From Candidatus Krumholzibacteriia bacterium (lineage in GTDB: Bacteria > Krumholzibacteriota > Krumholzibacteriia > JAJRXK01): a stretch of DNA of 64,000 bases. A program made the translations under genes and the position numbers. The notes beneath the pieces are model-generated. The model had not been told where the DNA came from, made no database searches, and saw only the letters and a program-made list of their open reading frames with translations. Location: contig JBGPIA010000008.1 in the NCBI GenBank assembly GCA_041484665.1, positions 64,001-128,000 of the forward strand. Direction: 5' to 3'. Below are positions 26,699 to 37,589 of the stretch, piece after piece (the first letter of the stretch is position 1; every line of letters starts with the position of its first letter).

Positions 26699-29368
26699 TC
26701 AGCCGGCCAGCCGGGCGCGGACCCACTCCAGGCCCCGCTCCAGCGCGGGCCCCACGCGCGACGGATCCTTGGCCCCGGCCTGCGCCATGTGAGGCTTGCC
26801 GCCGCCGCTGCCGCCCGCCACCGCGGCGACCTCCTTGATCAGGTCACCGGCCTTGAGCCCGCGGTCGCGCACCAGGTCGTCGGTCACGACGGCCAGGAAC
26901 GATACCTTGCCGTCCAGCTCCGCCGCCAGCACTGCGACGCCGCTGCGCAGCTGCTCGCGCAGGCTGTCCCCCAGCTGCAGCAGCGAATCGCGGTCGGCCA
27001 CCTGCACCTGGCTGGCCACCACCCGCGCAGTACCGGCCAGCGTGGCCGAGGCGAGCAGCCCATCGACCAGGCCGCTCGCCTGCTGTCGCCGCGTGGCCAA
27101 GCGCTCGGCCTGCAGCGTCTTGAGCTCGGCCTGCAGCGCCGCCACGCGCAGCTCGACCTCCTCGGGACGCGCCGCCAGCCGGTCGCCCAGGGAGCGCAGC
27201 AGATCGCGGTCGCGCGTGGCCGCGCGCAGCGCCGCCTCGCCGGTGACGGCTTCGATGCGCCGGACCCCCGCCGCAACCGAGCTCTCACCCGTGATGCGCA
27301 TCAGCCCGATCTCGCCGGTGTGGTCGCAGTGGGTCCCGCCGCAGAACTCGACGGAGACGCCGGGCACCTCGATCACGCGCACCTTGTCACCGTACTTCTC
27401 CCCGAACATGGCGATGGCACCCATCTGGCGCGCCTGCGCCAGCGGCACGTCGATGTGCTTGGTGACGGCCCGGTCCTCGAGGATGTGCACGTTCACCTCC
27501 TCCTCGAGGGCGTCGAGGCGGTCACGCGAGAGCGGCCCGTCGTGGTGGAAGTCGAAACGCAGCTTCTCGGCGTTCACCAGGCTACCAGCCTGCTGGGCAT
27601 GCTCGCCCAGTTGGCGCCGCAGCGCGGCGTGCAGCAGGTGCGTAGCGGTGTGGTTGCGCATGGTGGCGCGGCGCAGCTGTGGATCGACCTGCGCCACCAG
27701 CGGCAGCGCTCCCAGGTCGGCGACCCGTTCCAAGTCGCCGTCGTCCAGCTCCACGCGCGCGACCGGCCCGCCTTGGCCCTGGACCGTATCCAGCACGCGC
27801 AGCAAGAGGCCCTCCCCCTCGATCGTTCCCTGGTCGCCCACCTGGCCGCCCGCCTCGGCGTAGAACGGAGTGCGGTCGAGCACGACCTCGTAGCGCCCCG
27901 CTTCCTCCAGAGGGCGGATGCCGATGATCCGGCAGGGGGTGGCCAGCGCGTGGTAGCCGACGAACACGCTGGCCGGGCGGTCCACGCCGGGCTCACCGCC
28001 GTCGAGCCAGCGCCACGGCGCGCCGGGACCCGCCGTGCCGAAGCGGCTCGCCGCCCGCGCGCGCTCGCGCTGCTCTGCCATCGCCTGCTGGAAGCCCTCG
28101 GCGTCCACGGTCAGACCGCGCTCCTGGGCCATCACCTGCGTCAGGTCGAGGGGGAAGCCGAAGGTGTCGTGGAGCAGGAACGCGTCGCGCCCCGGGATGA
28201 CGCGGCCGCCGCTGCGGCGCGCCTCCTGCTCGATCTCGTCGAAGCGCAACAGCCCGCGGTCGAGCGTCTCGTTGAAGCGCACCTCCTCGTTCTGGATCAC
28301 GCGCAGTACGTGGTCGCGGCGTTGGTAGAGCTCGTGGTAGTGGCCGCCCATGAGCTCGATCACGCGGCCGGCGGCCGCGTGGAGGAACGGCTCGCGCAGG
28401 CCCAGGCGCCGCCCATGGCGCGCGGCCCGCCGCAGGATGCGCCGCAGCACGTAGCCGCGCCCGTCGTTGCCGGGGCGGCCGCCGTCGGCGACGGTAAACG
28501 TCAGCGCCCGGGCATGGTCGGCGATGACCTGCATCGAGACGCGGCTCTCGGGATCGGCGGGCGAGGCGCCGCTCTGCGCGGCGACCCAGTCGATGATGGG
28601 AGTGAACAGGTCGGTGCCGTAGTTCGTGGCGACCCCGGCCTTGAGTGCGGCCACCCGCTCCAGGCCCATGCCGGTATCGACGCTCTGCAACGGGAGCGGC
28701 GAAAGCGAGCCCGCCGCGTCGCGGTCGAACTGGATGAACACCAGGTTCCAGATCTCCAGGTAGCGGTCGCAGTCGCACAGGCCGATGCCGCAGCGCGGCC
28801 CGCAGCGCCTGGCCTCGCCCTGGTCGTAGATGATCTCGGTGCAGGGGCCGCACGGGCCGGTCTCGCCCATGCTCCAGAAGTTCTCCTCGTCGCCCTTGGA
28901 CAGATCTCCCAGCCTCACGATGCGCGCGGGGGACAGTCCGATCCGCTCGCGCCAGAACCCCACGCTCTCGTCGTCGTCCTTGTACACCGTGGCCCACAGG
29001 CGCTGCGCGTCCAGCTTCAGCCGGTCGACCAGGAACTCCCACGCCCACCCGATTGCCTCGCGCTTGTAGTAGTCGCCGAAGGACCAATTGCCGAGCATCT
29101 CGAAGAAGGTGTGGTGGCGCCCGTCGCGTCCCACGGCCTCGAGGTCGTTGTGCTTGCCGCTCACGCGCATGCACTTCTGCGCCGAGGCCGCCCGCACGTA
29201 CGAGCGTCGCTCCTGGCCCAGCAGCACGGCCTTGAACTGGTTCATGCCGGCATTCGTGAACAAGAGCGTCGGGTCATCGTGGGGGATGAGCGAGCTGCTG
29301 GGCACCACGGTGTGTCCGCGCTCGGCGAAGAAATCGAGGAAGGCTTGTCGGAGCTCGTGGCTGGTCAT
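26699..29368 (-). CDS. alaS: Alanine--tRNA ligase
   Basis: LLFTNAGMNQFK, HHTFFEMLGNWSFGDY, DTGMGLER, NHTATHLLH, EFCGGTH, GGGKPHMAQAG. Confidence 0.99.
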   Translation of the reverse strand: MTSHELRQAFLDFFAERGHTVVPSSSLIPHDDPTLLFTNAGMNQFKAVLLGQERRSYVRAASAQKCMRVSGKHNDLEAVGRDGRHHTFFEMLGNWSFGDYYKREAIGWAWEFLVDRLKLDAQRLWATVYKDDDESVGFWRERIGLSPARIVRLGDLSKGDEENFWSMGETGPCGPCTEIIYDQGEARRCGPRCGIGLCDCDRYLEIWNLVFIQFDRDAAGSLSPLPLQSVDTGMGLERVAALKAGVATNYGTDLFTPIIDWVAAQSGASPADPESRVSMQVIADHARALTFTVADGGRPGNDGRGYVLRRILRRAARHGRRLGLREPFLHAAAGRVIELMGGHYHELYQRRDHVLRVIQNEEVRFNETLDRGLLRFDEIEQEARRSGGRVIPGRDAFLLHDTFGFPLDLTQVMAQERGLTVDAEGFQQAMAEQRERARAASRFGTAGPGAPWRWLDGGEPGVDRPASVFVGYHALATPCRIIGIRPLEEAGRYEVVLDRTPFYAEAGGQVGDQGTIEGEGLLLRVLDTVQGQGGPVARVELDDGDLERVADLGALPLVAQVDPQLRRATMRNHTATHLLHAALRRQLGEHAQQAGSLVNAEKLRFDFHHDGPLSRDRLDALEEEVNVHILEDRAVTKHIDVPLAQARQMGAIAMFGEKYGDKVRVIEVPGVSVEFCGGTHCDHTGEIGLMRITGESSVAAGVRRIEAVTGEAALRAATRDRDLLRSLGDRLAARPEEVELRVAALQAELKTLQAERLATRRQQASGLVDGLLASATLAGTARVVASQVQVADRDSLLQLGDSLREQLRSGVAVLAAELDGKVSFLAVVTDDLVRDRGLKAGDLIKEVAAVAGGSGGGKPHMAQAGAKDPSRVGPALERGLEWVRARLAG

Positions 29369-29447
29369 GGATCGATCGGTCCTCTCGTGCGACAGCGGCG
29401 CAACCCGCGGGCGAAGCCGCACCCGCGGCCACGACGGCGGCGAACGC

Positions 29448-32282
29448 CTACTGCGGCGCGGGCGTGGCCACGCTGCCGGCGGTGCCCACCACCAGCCCCA
29501 CACCGTAGGGATGATCCCGGAAGTAGGTCGCCGCCACGCGCGACAGGTCATCGCGCGTCACCGCCGCGATCCGTTGCGGATACCGGTCGTACTCCGCGAG
29601 GTCCAGCCCCAGGAGCTCCAGCGCGGCCAACCGGCCCGCCTGGCCGCGAGTCGTCTGCAGGGAGATCTCGTAGACCCCCGTCAGGTAGCGCACCGCGCGC
29701 TGCAGCTCCTCGGCCGTCGGGGGCTCCTGCGCGAGCCGCGCAAACTGGTCGAGCACCAGACTGCGCACGCTCTGGGCGCTGTCCGGCGTGCAGGCGACGA
29801 AGCACCCGAAGTAGCCTCCGACGGCGCGCGGCGCCGAGAACGTGGAAACCTGATAGGCCAGCCCACGCCGCGTGCGGATCTCCTCGAAGAACGTCCCTCC
29901 CATGCCGCCGGTGATGCTCTCGAGCACTTCGAGCGGATACTCGTCGGGATGCCCCTCGGGGACGGTGGGAAAGGCCACCATCATCGCCGACTGGGCGCGG
30001 TCGCGGCTGGCCTCCTTGACCTGGGGGCCCGTCAGCGCCGCGGGCGGCGGGAAGCGGTCGGGCGCGTAGAACTCCTTGGCGGTCCCGGGCAGCGGGTCGC
30101 CGCCAGGGCTCCAACGCTGCAGGTACTCGGCGAGCAGGTCGCGCACCGCGGGTGGCTCCACGTCGCCGGCCACGCTGATCACCATCGCCTCCGGCCGCAC
30201 GCTCTCGTCGTGCAGGCGCTCGAGCCGATCGAGCAGGACGTATTGGATTACGGGCACGGCGCCCAGCTCGGGCTGCCCGTAGGGGTGATCGCCGAACAGG
30301 GCCTGGCGCAGCAGCTGGTGCGCGTACGAGCCGGACTGGTCCTCCACCCCTCGGATCGCCATCAGCTGCGCCTCTTTCTCGCGATCGAGCTGGTCGACGC
30401 TGAAGCGCGGGTTGGCCACGACGTCCATGATCAGGTCCGCGGCGTAGGGGAGATTGCGCGCCAGCGTGCCCAGCGTGAAGCCGAACCAGTCGTCGCTGGC
30501 GGGGCGTCCGATGGCGGTCCCCAGCGCCTCGGTTTCCTGCGCGAGCTGCTCCACGCTGCGGTTGCGCGTCTGCTTGCTCATCAGCCGCTGCATCAATCGC
30601 GCGCGTCCCGCGGTGTTCTGCGACTCGTCGATCCGCCCGCCGCGGAAGTAGACCCCCAGCGAGACCGTAGGCGCCTTGTGGTCCTCCTTCACCAGCAGCA
30701 CCGCGCCATGGGCCAGCGTGAAGCGGGCCACGCCGCTGCTGCCGCGGACGGGGGCGGCGAATCGCTGCGCCCACCGGTCGAGCGCTGCGCGGTCGAGGAA
30801 GCTGGGCGCCTCGAGAGCCGGCGAGGGCGGGTCCATCACCGCCGCGGCTGCCAGCACGGCGCCTTGGAGATGCCCGGCCAACTCGTCCGCGGAGCGTCCC
30901 TCCGGCGCGCGGGGCATGCAGTACTCCACCAGCGTGGCGTTGCGCAGGTTGAGGTATTCGCGCGCGACGCGCTGGACGTCCTCCGATGTCACCGCCTCCA
31001 GCTCGCGCATCTCCTTGTCGGCCAGCCGGTAGTCCCCCAGCGCCTCGTAGCCCGCCAGGGTGCTCGCCTGCCCCAGGACCTCCTCGAGCTCGAAGCCGCG
31101 CGCGGTCTCGATCAGGCTGCGCGCACGCTGCAGCTCCTGCGCAGTGACGCCGAACTGCTTGATGCGCTCGATCTCGACCATCACCTCGCGGGTGGCACGG
31201 TCGAAGTCGTTGAGGTTGAGGATGGCGTCGATCTCGAACAGCCCGACGTCGTCGAACTGGAAGCTGGACGCGCTGACGTTGGTCACGACGCCCAGCCGCT
31301 CCTTGAGAGCGAGGTTCAGCCTCGAGCTGGTGCCGGCGCCCAGGATCGTCGACAGCACGTCCAGCGCCGGGTTGTCCTTGTGGAGCACGCCCGGCGTGTG
31401 GAAGCCGAGGAACAGGTAATTGCGGCTGATGTCGCCGGTCATGCGCCGGTAGCGGAACTCCTGCTGAGTGCCCTCCGAGGGGCCCGTGTGGCGGCGCAGG
31501 GCTCCGCGCGGCTGCGCTCCGTAGAGCGACTCGGCCGAAGCGATTGCGTCGGCTGCCTTCACATCGCCCACGATGGCCAGCACCGTGTTGGCCGGTCGGT
31601 AGAGGTCCTCGTAGTAGCGCAGCAGATCCTCGCGCGTGAGCTTCTGCAACTGCTCGGCGAGGCCGATGCGCCAGCGGCGCATGCGGTGCTTGGTAAAGGC
31701 CAGCTCGAACATCTTTTCACGGCCGAACGACGACGGCTCGTCGAGCTTCTTGCGAGCCTCCTGCAAGATGGCCTGCATCTCCTTGTCGAGGACCTTGGCG
31801 TCGAACAAGGGGTGCTGAAAGGCGTCGGCCTGCACCGCGAGCGCCTCGGCGAAGCGGGCACTGGGCAGGACGACGTAGTAGCTGGTGTGGTCGTAGATCG
31901 TCCCGGCGTTGAGCTCGCCCCCGCAGCCCTTGGTCTCGCGGCTGATGGCCTCCGGATCGGGCCGGGTCGGAGTCCCGTTGAAGTACATGTGCTCGATGAC
32001 GTGGCTGATCCCCGCCACGCGGTCGTCCTCGTTGAAGTAGCCGGCCTTCACCCAGGTCACGATGGCGACCACGGGCGAGCCATGCTCCTCCTTCACGAGC
32101 ACCGTCAGGCCGTTGGGAAGGACGCGGCGCTGCACGCCCTCGGCGAGGGACAACGACTGCGCGGGGGCCTTGGACATGGCGCTCCTCGGGACAAGCGGGA
32201 GTACGGATGAGGCGGCCGCAAGGACGGCGAGAGCCGCGCGAGCCCCGCCGCCGAGGCGGCGCCGGCGCATCGGGATGGACAA
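29448..32282 (-). CDS. Secreted M16 (insulinase/pitrilysin) family Zn peptidase, four-domain
   Basis: Signal peptide; LPNGLTV, GISHVIEHMYF (HxxEH), NAGT..DHTSY; the second half lacks HxxEH. TTG 32282 follows AGGAGG. Confidence 0.93.
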   Translation of the reverse strand: MSIPMRRRRLGGGARAALAVLAAASSVLPLVPRSAMSKAPAQSLSLAEGVQRRVLPNGLTVLVKEEHGSPVVAIVTWVKAGYFNEDDRVAGISHVIEHMYFNGTPTRPDPEAISRETKGCGGELNAGTIYDHTSYYVVLPSARFAEALAVQADAFQHPLFDAKVLDKEMQAILQEARKKLDEPSSFGREKMFELAFTKHRMRRWRIGLAEQLQKLTREDLLRYYEDLYRPANTVLAIVGDVKAADAIASAESLYGAQPRGALRRHTGPSEGTQQEFRYRRMTGDISRNYLFLGFHTPGVLHKDNPALDVLSTILGAGTSSRLNLALKERLGVVTNVSASSFQFDDVGLFEIDAILNLNDFDRATREVMVEIERIKQFGVTAQELQRARSLIETARGFELEEVLGQASTLAGYEALGDYRLADKEMRELEAVTSEDVQRVAREYLNLRNATLVEYCMPRAPEGRSADELAGHLQGAVLAAAAVMDPPSPALEAPSFLDRAALDRWAQRFAAPVRGSSGVARFTLAHGAVLLVKEDHKAPTVSLGVYFRGGRIDESQNTAGRARLMQRLMSKQTRNRSVEQLAQETEALGTAIGRPASDDWFGFTLGTLARNLPYAADLIMDVVANPRFSVDQLDREKEAQLMAIRGVEDQSGSYAHQLLRQALFGDHPYGQPELGAVPVIQYVLLDRLERLHDESVRPEAMVISVAGDVEPPAVRDLLAEYLQRWSPGGDPLPGTAKEFYAPDRFPPPAALTGPQVKEASRDRAQSAMMVAFPTVPEGHPDEYPLEVLESITGGMGGTFFEEIRTRRGLAYQVSTFSAPRAVGGYFGCFVACTPDSAQSVRSLVLDQFARLAQEPPTAEELQRAVRYLTGVYEISLQTTRGQAGRLAALELLGLDLAEYDRYPQRIAAVTRDDLSRVAATYFRDHPYGVGLVVGTAGSVATPAPQ

Positions 32283-32314
32283 CGAGCCCTCCTCCTGGCT
32301 GAAGAAGTCGTAAG

Positions 32315-32343
32315 AGGGTAGAAACCGCTTCCACGCCCGTCAA
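32315..32343 (-). promoter_or_regulatory. sigma70-type promoter for the M16 peptidase gene
   Basis: TTGACG-N17-TACCCT on the minus strand, ~33 nt upstream of the start. Confidence 0.6.
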
Positions 32344-32460
32344 GCAAGGCGGCAACGGCCGAGCGGCGTTCCGCAGGGGCGCGCGGTGGCGGGCGCGACG
32401 CCGTGGCTGCCGCCTCGCCGTCCTCACGCCGGTCGATTCTCCGCTTGGAATCGCTGGGTA

Positions 32461-32597
32461 GGAACCCTTATGCTTCATGGTGGCCGAAGAGTTGAATGCG
32501 GCCACGCGGAGCACGCTTGCGCGGGGGGCGGGGAGGCAACTGCACGGTCTCCAGCGTCCCCCGGGCAGGCAGTCTGGCACGGCAAGGCATGATCGGG
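32461..32597 (+). ncRNA. Candidate stand-alone structured ncRNA, family unassigned
   Basis: Nested stems with G-U pairs that work only on the + strand: 32465-75/32585-97, 32480-86/32499-505, 32515-20/32565-70, 32522-30/32555-63, 32532-37/32547-52. Followed by a terminator and antisense to both flanking genes. Confidence 0.6.
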
Positions 32598-32626
32598 AAC
32601 CCCGCGGCAGCGGGGTTTTGTCGTTT
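32598..32626 (+). terminator. Intrinsic terminator
   Basis: AACCCCGC-GGCA-GCGGGGTT followed by TTGTCGTTT; U-tract on the + strand. Confidence 0.7.
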
Positions 32627-32674
32627 CTGGCCCCGCGGCAGCCCTGGCGCGAGTCAACCGCCAGCGCCGCGGGT

Positions 32675-33289
32675 TCACCGGCCGGCGTCGCTCGAAGCGA
32701 GCCACAGCTGGTGCCAGCGCGGGTCGCCCCGGAGCTCGGGATGGAAGGTGAGCGCCATGTGGCGCCCACTGCGCACCGCCACGGGCTCCTGCTCATGGAC
32801 GGCGAGGACTTCCACTCCCTGCCCCAGAGCCAGGATGCGCGGCGCGCGGATGAAGACCCCCCGGGCCGGCTGCGACTGCGCGAAGTCTTGGGGCAGCGTG
32901 ACGGTCGTGCCCAGCTCGGCCTCGAAGCTGTCGACCTGGCGACCGTAGGCGTTGCGCTGCAGCGTGACGTCGAGAATGCCCAGCGGCTCGACGCCGCCGG
33001 AGTCGGTGATAACGCGCGCCATGAGGATGGCCCCGGCGCAGGTGCCCAGCAGCGCGTGCCCGGCGGCGAACTCCAGCAGTGGCTGCCACAGTCCGCTGCT
33101 ACGCAGCAGACGGTGCATCGTGGTGGTCTCCCCGCCTGGCAGCACCAGGGCCCGGCAGCGCGCCAGCTCGTCGGTGCGACGCACGAGCAGCGTGGGGACG
33201 CCCATGCGCGACAGGAGCTCCGCGTGCAACGCAAAGTCGCCTTGCAGCGCCAGCAACCCCACGGGCCGGGGCGAGCAGTCGGACTCCAT
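32675..33289 (-). CDS. pdxT: Pyridoxal 5'-phosphate synthase glutaminase subunit
   Basis: GLLALQGDF, LPGGETTT, GTCAG, RNAYGRQVDSF, FIRAP, FHPEL. Confidence 0.97.
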   Translation of the reverse strand: MESDCSPRPVGLLALQGDFALHAELLSRMGVPTLLVRRTDELARCRALVLPGGETTTMHRLLRSSGLWQPLLEFAAGHALLGTCAGAILMARVITDSGGVEPLGILDVTLQRNAYGRQVDSFEAELGTTVTLPQDFAQSQPARGVFIRAPRILALGQGVEVLAVHEQEPVAVRSGRHMALTFHPELRGDPRWHQLWLASSDAGR

Positions 33290-33304
33290 CAGGAAGGTCT
33301 GCTC

Positions 33305-34201
33305 CTACCAGCCGCGTCCGGCCAGCAGCTCCTCGGCGGGCAGCTGCTTGGCCTGCAGGCCCGCCATCGCCGGGCCGAGATCCACGCTGATCTCGGCGAG
33401 CTTGCGCGGGTCGTCGGAGTAGGTGACGGCCTGGACGATCGCCTTGGCGCGCTGCGGCGGGTCCTCACTCTTGAAGATGCCGCTGCCCACGAACACCGAC
33501 TCGGCCCCCAGCTGCATCATGAGCGCGGCGTCGGCAGGCGTCGCCACGCCCCCGGCTGCGAAGTTCGGCACCGGCAGGCGCCCGTTGCGATGCACCCAGA
33601 GCAGGACGTGGTAGGGAGCCCCGAGGTTCTTGGCCTCGCTCATCAGCTCGTCCTCGCGCAAGACCTTCAGGCGACGGATCCCCTCCTGGACTGCGCGCAT
33701 GTGCCGGACCGCCTCGACCACGTCGCCCGTGCCCGCCTCGCCCTTGGTGCGGATCATGGCCGCGCCCTCGCCGATCCGGCGCAGCGCCTCGCCCAGATCG
33801 CGGCAACCGCACACGAAGGGCACCTGGAACGCGAACTTGTCGATGTGGTGCTGCTCGTCGGCGGGCGTGAGGACCTCGCTCTCGTCGACGAAGTCGACGC
33901 TGATGGCCTCCAGGATCTGCGCCTCGACGAAGTGTCCGATGCGACACTTGGCCATCACCGGGATCGAGACCGCCTTCTGGATGGCCTGGATCATCCCTGG
34001 ATTCGACATGCGGGCTACGCCGCCCATCGTGCGGATGTCGGCGGGTATGCGCTCCAGCGCCATGACCGCCACCGCGCCGGCGTCCTCGGCGATGCGGGCC
34101 TGCTCCACGTTCGTGACGTCCATGATGACGCCACCCTTGAGCATTTCGGCCAGGCCGACCTTCAGCCGCAGCCGTTCGTCGATCAGGTTGTCACTCGCCA
34201 T
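33305..34201 (-). CDS. pdxS: Pyridoxal 5'-phosphate synthase lyase subunit
   Basis: [53 protein letters not shown]-terminus. Confidence 0.99.
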   Translation of the reverse strand: MASDNLIDERLRLKVGLAEMLKGGVIMDVTNVEQARIAEDAGAVAVMALERIPADIRTMGGVARMSNPGMIQAIQKAVSIPVMAKCRIGHFVEAQILEAISVDFVDESEVLTPADEQHHIDKFAFQVPFVCGCRDLGEALRRIGEGAAMIRTKGEAGTGDVVEAVRHMRAVQEGIRRLKVLREDELMSEAKNLGAPYHVLLWVHRNGRLPVPNFAAGGVATPADAALMMQLGAESVFVGSGIFKSEDPPQRAKAIVQAVTYSDDPRKLAEISVDLGPAMAGLQAKQLPAEELLAGRGW

Positions 34202-34349
34202 GATCGGTCTTCACCCCTCCTGGATGCGGCGGTGCTGGGTCGGGCCACGCCGCGCGCTCGGCCAGGTCTGCGCCCGGCTGGCGTGCGGCCTCCGCAGGGG
34301 AGCGCAGGGTTCGGGCGCCGGGTGGCCGAGCGCACGCCGCGCCGTCGAT

Positions 34350-34378
34350 AGTATAGGTGGCGGCCCGGGCACGGGCAA
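34350..34378 (-). promoter_or_regulatory. sigma70-type promoter of pdxST
   Basis: TTGCCC-N17-TATACT on the minus strand; implies a ~140-nt leader. Confidence 0.7.
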
Positions 34379-34516
34379 CGCACGCGCAAGCGCGGCGCGC
34401 GCGCCCGGCGCGATTGGATGGGCGCAGCCGCCGGTACGATTGGTGGGTCCCCGGCGCTCGCGTGATGGGTGGGGCTCCGCCGTCCGCGCGACGGGCGGGA
34501 CACTTGCGCTCGCCGG

Positions 34517-35884
34517 TCAGAACAGCAGGACCACGACGACGCCCGCTGCCAGCACGGGCAGGGCCATCAGCCAGGTGACTGGCCAGCGGCGGCCCTCCCA
34601 CACGCGCGCGATTCCGTAGCCCGCCATCAGACACAGGAACGGCAGCGCCACGATCTGGGCAGTGAGCGACGCTCCGGCCAGCACCGCGGTCACCCAGGGC
34701 AGCAACAGACCACCGAACAGCGGAACGTAGGCCCGTACGCTGCCGGCCAGCGCCACGCAGCCCAGCCACGACAGGGCGAGGATCGCTCCGATCGGCACCA
34801 TGGGCAGCTGCGAGGGTTTCCAGACGGAGGCCGGCAGCCACGCGCTGGGGGGCACCGGGAGCGGCCCGCCAAGATAGGCCACCGCCCGCCGCAGGTACGA
34901 CGTCAGCGCGGATCCGGGATGCCGTGCGAGCTCGCCCGCCGCTAGGCGCAGCCACGCGCAACCGCGGCCGAGCTCGCGACGGGTCCGGCCAGGCTCCAGG
35001 CGCTCGAGCAGCAGCAGCCCGTACTGCCGGCGGGCGAGCAGATCGCTCACGTTGGCCAGACCCTCCCGCGAGGCGAGCCCCCTGCTGGCCGCTCCGAGGT
35101 AGAGCTCGAAGGGCGCGTTGGCGCACGGTGCCACCAGGTCGCGCTGCGTGAGCGCGTTGTGCAGGAGCACCGGACTGAGCACCGCCAGGTGGCCGGCCAG
35201 CAGGTAGCCTGCGCCCACCGCCAGGCGCCATCCCCGGAAGGCCCTCGCACGCATCGCCATCCACACCAGCGCCACAGCGGTCCACAGCACGCCCAGCCCG
35301 CTCAACAGCGAAAGCGCGCCCGAGCCCAGCCCCAGGCGCAACGCGTGCTGGCCGGTACTGCGCGCGTGCAGGCGCGAGAGCATGGACGCGAACAGCAGGC
35401 AGCCCAGGCTGATTGCTACCGCGGGCACGATCGCCATGCATGCCATGAGCGATTGCCGGCTGAGAGCGCACAGCAGCCCGGCCAACACCGCGCCGCGGTA
35501 GCCAATCCACCGCTCCCCTACGTGGAAGGTAGCGGCCGCCAGCAGGCTCCCGAGCAGCCACTGCAGCACCAGCACCAGCACTCCGCCGCCATGCAGCGAC
35601 GAGTCCAGCGCGACCCCGAGCAGATACAGGGGGCTGCCCACCCAAGCGACCTCCGGTCGCACGAGGAAGGCGCCCAGGCCGAAGTCCTGCAGCGTGAAGG
35701 GAACAGGAACCGCGGCCTCCATGGCCACCCGCAGTTCGTCGGGCGCGGTGCGGAGCACGCGCAGCACCGGGACCAGGCGCCACACGACCGCGAGCAGCGC
35801 GATCGCCAGCGCGGTCTTTCGCCGCACGCTGGCCGAGACGACGCCGCTGTCGAGGGTCGGTGTCGAGCCGCTGCGTGAGACCAA
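34517..35884 (-). CDS. Polytopic membrane protein, divergent GT-C (ArnT/PMT-2, GT39-like) family
   Basis: About 10-12 hydrophobic segments; SPLY motif after the first loop; HNAL...NAPFELYLG loop resembling GT39-like proteins. Start uncertain. Confidence 0.55.
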   Translation of the reverse strand: MVSRSGSTPTLDSGVVSASVRRKTALAIALLAVVWRLVPVLRVLRTAPDELRVAMEAAVPVPFTLQDFGLGAFLVRPEVAWVGSPLYLLGVALDSSLHGGGVLVLVLQWLLGSLLAAATFHVGERWIGYRGAVLAGLLCALSRQSLMACMAIVPAVAISLGCLLFASMLSRLHARSTGQHALRLGLGSGALSLLSGLGVLWTAVALVWMAMRARAFRGWRLAVGAGYLLAGHLAVLSPVLLHNALTQRDLVAPCANAPFELYLGAASRGLASREGLANVSDLLARRQYGLLLLERLEPGRTRRELGRGCAWLRLAAGELARHPGSALTSYLRRAVAYLGGPLPVPPSAWLPASVWKPSQLPMVPIGAILALSWLGCVALAGSVRAYVPLFGGLLLPWVTAVLAGASLTAQIVALPFLCLMAGYGIARVWEGRRWPVTWLMALPVLAAGVVVVLLF

Positions 35885-35926
35885 AGTTAGCCTGTCCGAT
35901 CCGCGCTCCGTCGCGCCGGTTGCGCG

Positions 35927-37492
<1,566 letters not shown>

Positions 37493-37589
37493 TCAGGCTC
37501 GACAGCGGCGCGGCGCGGGGGCGCGCATTGCGGCAGCGGACTGCGCATCACCATCCGACGCCTTGCGTGGGGCGCAGCGCGGTGGCGGC

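Noticed and set aside
204..32210. Many long + strand ORFs (e.g. 204-1484, 10275-12740, 12452-15508, 26546-29914, 29088-32210)
   Set aside because: Antisense shadows of well-identified minus-strand genes; stop codons are scarce at this GC content and the translations have no motifs
32560..32590. Minus-strand UUGCCGUGCCAGAC resembling the 5' end of large SRP RNA
   Set aside because: No helix-8 CAGG..GNRA..AGCAG motif, and both the G-U pairing and the terminator favour the + strand
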